A stretch of DNA of 37,207 nt from the IMG/VR virus record IMGVR_UViG_3300045988_171829. One strand, 5' to 3'. The notes beneath the pieces were generated by a model. That model worked only from the letters and a program-made list of their open reading frames with translations, was not told the origin of the DNA and did no database searches. Positions 7,443-12,642 of this stretch are shown piece after piece; the first letter of the stretch is position 1; each line of letters begins with the position of its first letter. The position numbers and the translations under genes were made by a program. This DNA is from a virus.

Positions 7443-8249
7443 TTACCCTCTCAATCTATAATTATTTTCTTTTCCTCTAACTTCAACAATGAAACCTTTT
7501 GACATTTCATAAATTCTACTTCCAATAGCTTCATCAAAACTTAACATTTCTTCAACTAAATATTCTGTGCTGCATATAATAGGCAATTTATTAATATACC
7601 TATGATTTATTATTTCAAACATTATATTAATATCAGTTTCATTCACTTTACCTTTGAATAAATCATCTATTAAAAGTATTTCTGCCATCTGGTACTTACT
7701 AACTAAATTCTTATAATACTCTTTATCTAAAATATTTTGTTTTAACGTAGTAATAACACTTCTATATGGCATGTACACAACTTTTTTACTATCCTTTTTT
7801 ATAAAGTTATTAGCTAATGCTATACTAAGATGTGTCTTGCCTGTTCCTGGTTGTCCACAAAGTAATATTGAATTATGCTTAGTTTTTTCTATCTCTTTAA
7901 ATCTTAAATAGTAATTAGTAGTAGCTCCCTTCATATTCTTAGTTAAAAAATTCCAAGGTTCATAAGTTTTAAATGTTTTATCTAAATCATCTGTTTTTAA
8001 CCCTGATGCTTCCCATTGCTCTTTTACTTTTATAATTTCATAACACTTACACCTTTCTACGACTTTCCCATTACTATCTAAAATCCATGTAGTATCTTTG
8101 CATTTATCGCAATTATATAAGTTCTTCTGCCCTTCTTCTGTCGTCCTCGCTAAGTTCATATTCTTTGGGTTCTGTATCGACATTGAAGATTTTCTTATCC
8201 TTTCCAGAACCCCATCTATTACCGAATTTCCCGTTACTATACTGTCCAT
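7443..8249 (-). CDS. DnaC/DnaI-like helicase loader ATPase
   Basis: Walker A GQPGTGKTHL, Walker B LLIDDL, N-terminal Cys cluster CDKCKD...CKCY as in DnaI. The ATG at 8249 has an AAGGAAGGG RBS but overlaps the upstream gene by 137 nt. Internal Met codons at 8183 and 8159 are alternative starts. Confidence 0.85.
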   Translation of the reverse strand: MDSIVTGNSVIDGVLERIRKSSMSIQNPKNMNLARTTEEGQKNLYNCDKCKDTTWILDSNGKVVERCKCYEIIKVKEQWEASGLKTDDLDKTFKTYEPWNFLTKNMKGATTNYYLRFKEIEKTKHNSILLCGQPGTGKTHLSIALANNFIKKDSKKVVYMPYRSVITTLKQNILDKEYYKNLVSKYQMAEILLIDDLFKGKVNETDINIMFEIINHRYINKLPIICSTEYLVEEMLSFDEAIGSRIYEMSKGFIVEVRGKENNYRLRG

Positions 8250-9039
8250 TACCTATCCCTTCCTTATTTATATAATTTCCTTCTAGTACTTTTATAAAAT
8301 TATTTGGCTTTATAAACCAATCAAATGTAATAATCCATCCTCTATCATTTTGTCCTTTTAAAAAATTTGAATTATTTATACTTTCTATTGTCTCAATTAT
8401 TTTTTCAATTCCAAATTCATTAATTCTAGACTTTAATAACTTATATCTATTACTTTTTTGTTTTATAGTAACCACTTTAGATAAATTTAATTTATTCCAT
8501 GCTTCAATTACTAGTAGTAATTTATTACTACTTAATATATCTTTAGATATATTATCTTCTTCTATTTCTTTATCTTCTTCTATTTCTTTATCTTCTTCTA
8601 GAGCAACGACGTCGGACGATTCTTCTAACGATTCATCAGACGATTTTATTAGTAATTTTTGACGTGCCCTTCTTTCTTTTTGATATAATCTATCTCTCTC
8701 TTTTCTTTTTTCATAAGCATCTAAAGTTTGATGTTTGCTCCAATTAGGAATTGTTATAACATTATCTATTAACTCTATCATTCCAAAATCATTAAATGTT
8801 TTTAATGCAAACCTAACAGTATTAATTTCCTTTCTAAATATAGTAGCTAACATTTCTTCAGTATATGGAATTCTATCATTCATTAAGAAAACACCACTAT
8901 TATTATTTTTACCTGCTAAACATAATAACTTGAACCAAATCACTATTATTGAATCTGATCCTGGTAAACTTTCAATTAAAAGCATCTTTTCATCATCAAA
9001 TATATCTGTAACTATTTTTATCCACTTTACGGCTCCCAT
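8113..9039 (-). CDS. Phage replisome organizer (DnaD-like)
   Basis: N-terminus WIKIVTDIFDDEKM...FKLLCLAGK and C-terminal WFIKPNNFIKVLEGNY are typical of Firmicute phage replisome organizers. Confidence 0.8.
   Translation of the reverse strand: MGAVKWIKIVTDIFDDEKMLLIESLPGSDSIIVIWFKLLCLAGKNNNSGVFLMNDRIPYTEEMLATIFRKEINTVRFALKTFNDFGMIELIDNVITIPNWSKHQTLDAYEKRKERDRLYQKERRARQKLLIKSSDESLEESSDVVALEEDKEIEEDKEIEEDNISKDILSSNKLLLVIEAWNKLNLSKVVTIKQKSNRYKLLKSRINEFGIEKIIETIESINNSNFLKGQNDRGWIITFDWFIKPNNFIKVLEGNYINKEGIGNGQYSNGKFGNRWGSGKDKKIFNVDTEPKEYELSEDDRRRAEELI
8554..8600. repeat. 18-bp tandem repeat ATCTTCTTCTATTTCTTT x2.6 inside the organizer gene
   Basis: Units at 8554-8571 and 8572-8589, partial unit at 8590-8600 (encodes EEDKEI repeats). 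A GC-richer stretch with the palindrome CGACGTCG (8606-8613) and GACGATT repeats follows. Confidence 0.85.
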
Positions 9040-9124
9040 TTTTCTTACCTCTCTGTTATAATAAAAATGAATCTTTTTATTTGGACCTACCCTTAGTTTG
9101 GTCGCTGGGGTATGTCCTTATTTT

Positions 9125-9454
9125 TTATCTTCTAAAATTCCATAAAACTTTTGTATGGATGTTATAAAAAACAAACGACTCTGGCGTAGCTCTTTCAACT
9201 AAAAAATCTCTTGGATTTAATCCTTCATTCGTTAAAAATTGTTTTTGTTCTCTAGTTAACTTTTGCAACTTCTTCATATCTAATCTCCTAACTACATTTG
9301 CTGTATTATTAACAACATTTAAAATTTTATTATCTGTATATTTAACTCCTATATGTTTCCCAAACTCAATATCATCTCTAACTATTTCAAGTAATAGTTC
9401 ATACTCTTGATGTGTAAGCTCTTCATGTAATTCAATTAATTTAGCAAATAACAT
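9125..9454 (-). CDS. Hypothetical early protein (109 aa)
   Basis: ORF with AGGGAGGG RBS. No motif recognised. Confidence 0.55.
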   Translation of the reverse strand: MLFAKLIELHEELTHQEYELLLEIVRDDIEFGKHIGVKYTDNKILNVVNNTANVVRRLDMKKLQKLTREQKQFLTNEGLNPRDFLVERATPESFVFYNIHTKVLWNFRR

Positions 9455-9455
9455 A

Positions 9456-9617
9456 TTATTTACCCTCCCTAATTTCTATTTGTCTCAACTCATCCTTTAA
9501 ATGCTTGATATGAGAACTATAAATCTTTTTTAATTCTTTTGAACGATTAGCATCATGTTTATAATTTTCAAGTTTTTTTATTCTTTCTTTAAGCAACTCT
9601 TTTCTTTCTTTTCTCAA
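9456..9617 (-). CDS. Possible small coiled-coil protein (TTG start, 53 aa)
   Basis: GGGGG lies 8 nt before the TTG. Translation LRKERKELLKERIKKLENYKHD...IEIREGK. Its stop overlaps the RBS of the next gene. Non-ATG start, so uncertain. Confidence 0.3.
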   Translation of the reverse strand: MRKERKELLKERIKKLENYKHDANRSKELKKIYSSHIKHLKDELRQIEIREGK

Positions 9618-9768
9618 TATTGTCACCCCCTTTCAATTTTGAAAATGAATATAAAAATCTAACTATTCCACCTAATATTGATAAAACTATAAATATAAAC
9701 CCAACACTTATTAATAGAATTGTTGGAACTACAAGTATAAAAAACCCCCACCAATTAAAACCTTCCAT
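9589..9768 (-). CDS. Small membrane protein (59 aa, below track cutoff)
   Basis: TAGGAGG RBS. Translation: MEGFNWWGFFILVVPTILLISVGFIFIVLSILGGIVRFLYSFSKLKGGDNIEKRKKRVA. Long hydrophobic stretch with a basic tail. Confidence 0.5.
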   Translation of the reverse strand: MEGFNWWGFFILVVPTILLISVGFIFIVLSILGGIVRFLYSFSKLKGGDNIEKRKKRVA

Positions 9769-9776
9769 AAATCCTC

Positions 9777-10499
9777 CTAAACTACATAACCTTCATCCTG
9801 TTGATTTAATAAGTAAATATCGTTTATTAAGTAAATTGGTGCTTTATATTTAGCAACTATCTCATGGGCCATATTAAGCTGACTTCTCTTAATAGCTTCA
9901 TATCTACTTACTCCAAACTCTCTTCTAAGTTGTTGCTGAATATCTGAATACACCTTACATCTAATTGATCTATTCTTATATGCTGGTGAACCTTTACCAC
10001 CTAATATCTCAACACCTTTTCTTTTAACTGCAGCTTGAATTTCCTTACATTCTACATTGAAAAGTGGCATCCCATCTTTTAGTTCCTTAACTTCAACTGC
10101 TAATTGTTGTTGCTTATGATCCAGAGCAAATATAGCTTGTACTTCTTTACTTAAATGTGAATATGGATTTTTAATAGTTTGTTCCATCTTATTAAATGCT
10201 TCTATATATTTAAGTTTCCATTGAAGTGCCTTGCTGCCTGTAAACCCCATTACTAATAAACTAAATCCATCTCTTGTAATTAAATATTCTGGGTACATTT
10301 TCCCTCTATTTTCAAATTGACTTTCTATAAACATAGATTTCACAGCCGAATTTTCGTCCACCAAATTTCTTATAGATTCTAAGATGTGTTTATGCATCTT
10401 CTCAAAATCTTCTGCAACTTGTCTACTAGTTACAACTAGCTCTCCATCATTATTTCTAGTAATTACGACATCCTTATGCATATGTTTTGTATTATTCAT
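9777..10499 (-). CDS. Rha-family phage regulatory protein / antirepressor-like (Rha N-domain + ORF6C-like C-domain)
   Basis: LVVTSRQVAEDFEKMHKHILESIRNL ... YLITRDGFSLLVMGFTG matches the Rha signature. Confidence 0.75.
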   Translation of the reverse strand: MNNTKHMHKDVVITRNNDGELVVTSRQVAEDFEKMHKHILESIRNLVDENSAVKSMFIESQFENRGKMYPEYLITRDGFSLLVMGFTGSKALQWKLKYIEAFNKMEQTIKNPYSHLSKEVQAIFALDHKQQQLAVEVKELKDGMPLFNVECKEIQAAVKRKGVEILGGKGSPAYKNRSIRCKVYSDIQQQLRREFGVSRYEAIKRSQLNMAHEIVAKYKAPIYLINDIYLLNQQDEGYVV

Positions 10500-10506
10500 T
10501 TTCTTT

Positions 10507-10725
10507 TCACTCCTTAATTAACAACTTAGGTATATCTAGTTTTAACTTTTTAGAAATTGTTTTTATTTTCCTTGCTCCAGGCAATCTCTTCCCTAACAAG
10601 TATGTAGTTAATGAACTTCTAGGGATTCCTAAAAACTCTGAAAACTCTTGTTGGGTCATTCCTTTGGTAAGTCTTTCGTATTCTAGTAATTTAGCTAATT
10701 TTTTTGTTTTTTCTTCTCTTGTCAT
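10507..10725 (-). CDS. Cro-like XRE-family HTH regulator
   Basis: MTQQEFSEFLGIPRSSLTTYLLG is an XRE HTH. The ATG at 10725 follows AAGGAG by 6 nt, whereas the track start at 10758 is a TTG. Divergent from the cI-like gene. Confidence 0.8.
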   Translation of the reverse strand: MTREEKTKKLAKLLEYERLTKGMTQQEFSEFLGIPRSSLTTYLLGKRLPGARKIKTISKKLKLDIPKLLIKE

Positions 10726-10783
10726 TTTTAACTCCTTTGATTTCATTTTGAATTTCAAGCAATTTAATTATTATATCTATCAT
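10691..10783 (-). CDS. Possible 30-codon leader micro-ORF overlapping the cro-like start
   Basis: GTGAGGTGA RBS, ATG at 10783. MIDIIIKLLEIQNEIKGVKNDKRRKNKKIS shares DIIIKLLxIQ with the micro-ORF at 11391-11474, including a synonymous Leu codon change. Confidence 0.3.
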   Translation of the reverse strand: MIDIIIKLLEIQNEIKGVKNDKRRKNKKIS

Positions 10784-10807
10784 GTTTATCACCTCACTTA
10801 CAAATTC

Positions 10808-10840
10808 ATTTTAACACATACGGACAAATTCGGACAAATT
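10808..10840 (-). promoter_or_regulatory. Early (PR-like) promoter with tandem CGGACAAATT operator-like repeats
   Basis: The minus strand reads TGTTAAAAT, i.e. TG-n-TAAAAT, an extended -10 (10816-10808). TTGTCC lies 18 nt upstream. CGGACAAATT x2 (10821-10840) covers the -35 and spacer. Confidence 0.5.
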
Positions 10841-10961
10841 GTTTATTTTTTATTTGTTTAAATTATACTTGTTTTTCTCTTAATTTCTCTATTTTTCTTT
10901 TTATATCTATATTATTCAAATTAAGTATTAAATCACATTTGTTCGTGTTTGTTTAAAAATG

Positions 10962-10990
10962 TTTACTTTTAGAACCACTTATGTTATTAT
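10962..10990 (+). promoter_or_regulatory. Candidate promoter of the cI-like gene
   Basis: TTTACT (10962-10967) - 17 nt - TATTAT (10985-10990). An inverted operator-like copy CATTTGTTCG (10936-10945) lies just upstream. Confidence 0.45.
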
Positions 10991-11011
10991 TAATATGAAA
11001 GTAGAAGTGTT

Positions 11012-11377
11012 ATGACATTAGGATTTTTTTTAAAAAAAGATAGGGAAGATAAATGCTTAACTCAAGAAGAATATAGTAAAGCTATTGGAATAAGTCGAAG
11101 TACTTTAGCTTCATTAGAAACTGGGAGTAGAATGCCATCAAAATCTAACGCAAAAAAATTAGTTGAGTACTTCCAAAAACCTCTTTCTGAATTGATAGGA
11201 GAAGAAAAAATTTCTAAATTATCTAGTTTAGAAACTACAAACCTATTAATAGATTCTCTTATAAATAATGAACAAATAACAAATGAAAATATTGATGATA
11301 AAATAAAATCATTGATTTGGGAAAGTTTAAATCTTGAAATTCAGTTAAAATTAAAAATTAAGAATCAAAACAAATAA
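11012..11377 (+). CDS. cI-like XRE-family repressor (no S24 peptidase domain)
   Basis: LTQEEYSKAIGISRSTLASLETG is an XRE HTH. 121 aa, divergent from the cro-like gene. No Ala-Gly/Ser-Lys autocleavage module is visible. Confidence 0.75.
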   Translation: MTLGFFLKKDREDKCLTQEEYSKAIGISRSTLASLETGSRMPSKSNAKKLVEYFQKPLSELIGEEKISKLSSLETTNLLIDSLINNEQITNENIDDKIKSLIWESLNLEIQLKLKIKNQNK

Positions 11378-11410
11378 AAAGAGATCTAAATTATTTAGAT
11401 CTCTTTTTAT
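11376..11410. terminator. Bidirectional intrinsic terminator
   Basis: GAGATCTAAA-TTA-TTTAGATCTC (10-bp perfect stem) flanked by A5 and T5. Confidence 0.75.
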
Positions 11411-11474
11411 TTTTACAATTTAATTGAATTTTTAACAATTTAATTATTATATCATCAATATCTTTTTCTTTCAT
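11391..11474 (-). CDS. 27-codon micro-ORF downstream of a LexA-box promoter, convergent with the cI-like gene
   Basis: AAAGGGGA - 7 nt - ATG. Translation MKEKDIDDIIIKLLKIQLNCKNKKRSK. The stop lies inside the terminator hairpin. Confidence 0.4.
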   Translation of the reverse strand: MKEKDIDDIIIKLLKIQLNCKNKKRSK

Positions 11475-11503
11475 ACAAGCATCCCCTTTTGTTTATAATA
11501 AAA

Positions 11504-11532
11504 ATTATATATCGCCTCGAACATCTGTTCAA
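11504..11532 (-). promoter_or_regulatory. Near-consensus sigma-A promoter overlapped by a LexA (Cheo) box
   Basis: Minus strand TTGAAC (11532-11527) - 17 nt - TATAAT (11509-11504). Plus strand CGAACATCTGTTCA (11518-11531) matches CGAACATATGTTCG at 12/14. Confidence 0.65.
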
Positions 11533-11564
11533 GTTCTTTTCACATTTTTATTATACCCCAAAAA

Positions 11565-11585
11565 AATATTCCTGACAGGAATATT
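11565..11585. promoter_or_regulatory. Perfect 21-bp palindrome AATATTCCTG-A-CAGGAATATT (operator-like)
   Basis: 10-nt arms around a single central base, read directly. Located between the LexA-box promoter and the second XRE gene. Confidence 0.5.
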
Positions 11586-11740
11586 TCGACAAAATTTTTA
11601 CATTTGTAGTAATTGAATGTAATTTATAAATTATATTGTTTATTTATTCAATTTAAATAAAATATTTCTTATAACTTGTTTTTATTTAATAGAATTATGT
11701 CGTTTTAAGTCGGAAATTTGTTAAAAATCAGAGGTTTTAT

Positions 11741-11935
11741 ATGATAAAACAGGCACGATTTACTAAAAAAATTTCACAAAAAGAATTAGCTGAATATTTA
11801 AATGTTACTCAATCCTATATTTCTAAGATAGAAACCAGAAAGACTAAGTCGTTAACGGTTGATAAGATACTGTCTTTATCTTTAATATTAGATTTGGATC
11901 CTGTAGAAGTTTTTAAGTTTATCGCTGAACTATAG
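11741..11935 (+). CDS. XRE-family HTH protein (64 aa)
   Basis: ISQKELAEYLNVTQSYISKIETRK is an XRE HTH. GAGG RBS. Confidence 0.75.
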   Translation: MIKQARFTKKISQKELAEYLNVTQSYISKIETRKTKSLTVDKILSLSLILDLDPVEVFKFIAEL

Positions 11936-11942
11936 AATTGTT

Positions 11943-11957
11943 GTTTCACAATGAAAC
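11943..11957. promoter_or_regulatory. 15-bp palindrome GTTTCA-CAA-TGAAAC (operator-like), with a half-conserved second copy 30 bp downstream
   Basis: Perfect 6-bp arms. The related GTTTCATAATGCAAT lies at 11973-11987. TATAAT at 12015-12020 precedes the next XRE gene. Confidence 0.45.
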
Positions 11958-12038
11958 TTTTATATATTAATTGTTTCATAATGCAATATTATAAACTTTA
12001 ACTTACCTATAGCCTATAATATTCTTTGGAGGGATATT

Positions 12039-12332
12039 ATGAATATAGGTGAGATTATAGCAGAATTAAGAATGGATAAAGATATTAATCAAGAAGATCT
12101 TGCAGCTATACTTAATATTTCTAGATCAACTTTAGCTAATTGGGAAGCTGGTAATAGAAGAATTGATATAGAAACATTAGTTGTTATAGCAGATTATTTT
12201 GGTGTTAGTTGCGATTATCTTTTAGGAAGAACAAAACATAAATATAATTTTGCATTAGAAAATAAAAACAATATAGATGCCGTTATGGATATATATGAAT
12301 CTTTAAGAAAATATAAAATAGAAAGAGAATGA
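12039..12332 (+). CDS. XRE-family HTH protein (97 aa)
   Basis: INQEDLAAILNISRSTLANWEAGNRR is an XRE HTH. GGAGGG RBS. Confidence 0.8.
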   Translation: MNIGEIIAELRMDKDINQEDLAAILNISRSTLANWEAGNRRIDIETLVVIADYFGVSCDYLLGRTKHKYNFALENKNNIDAVMDIYESLRKYKIERE

Positions 12333-12336
12333 AGTG

Positions 12337-12367
12337 TATCTTAGAAATAATAAGATATGCTTTTTTT
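12337..12367 (+). terminator. Weak AT-rich hairpin + T7 after the third XRE gene
   Basis: TATCTTA-GAAATAA-TAAGATA, then TGC and TTTTTTT. Confidence 0.35.
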
Positions 12368-12457
12368 GTGGATAAAAAATAGTTGGTTAATTTTTTTGTT
12401 GATAACTTTTGGAAAATGCATTACAATATTGACTATAAAATAAATTTTTGTGAATAA
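12367..12457. promoter_or_regulatory. Three co-oriented DnaA boxes upstream of rep (candidate plasmid oriV)
   Basis: TGTGGATAA (12367-12375) is the perfect complement of TTATCCACA. TGTTGATAA (12397-12405) and TGTGAATAA (12449-12457) each have one mismatch. All three are preceded by T-runs. Confidence 0.6.
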
Positions 12458-12475
12458 AAGAAGAAAATAGATATG

Positions 12476-12547
12476 AAAAAAACTCTTTAAGTTGTCTGCA
12501 ACCAAACTTTCAACTTAAAGAGCCCCACCAAAAAGGTCTTTCACTTT
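12476..12547 (-). ncRNA. Predicted ~70-nt countertranscript (ctRNA) antisense to the rep leader
   Basis: Minus-strand TTGACT (12583-12578) - 18 nt - TATAAT (12559-12554). A 12-bp perfect hairpin (12483-12494/12511-12522) is followed by T7 only on the minus strand. Ends are estimated. Confidence 0.4.
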
Positions 12548-12642
12548 GTATTAATTATATATTATTAATCATAATTTAGTCAAGTGTTAAGACCTCTTTG
12601 GGGAACATTTTTTATATGTTTTTCTCAAGGAGGTATTTTTTT

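Noticed and set aside
12598-12642. Track-suggested upstream starts for rep (12598), the 71-aa ORF (1913, TTG), the cro-like gene (10758, TTG), parR (15014, GTG) and the receptor-binding gene (23064)
   Set aside because: Each has a downstream in-frame start with a much better Shine-Dalgarno sequence (12643, 1862, 10725, 15023, 23049). The upstream extensions are unsupported or lie within hairpins.
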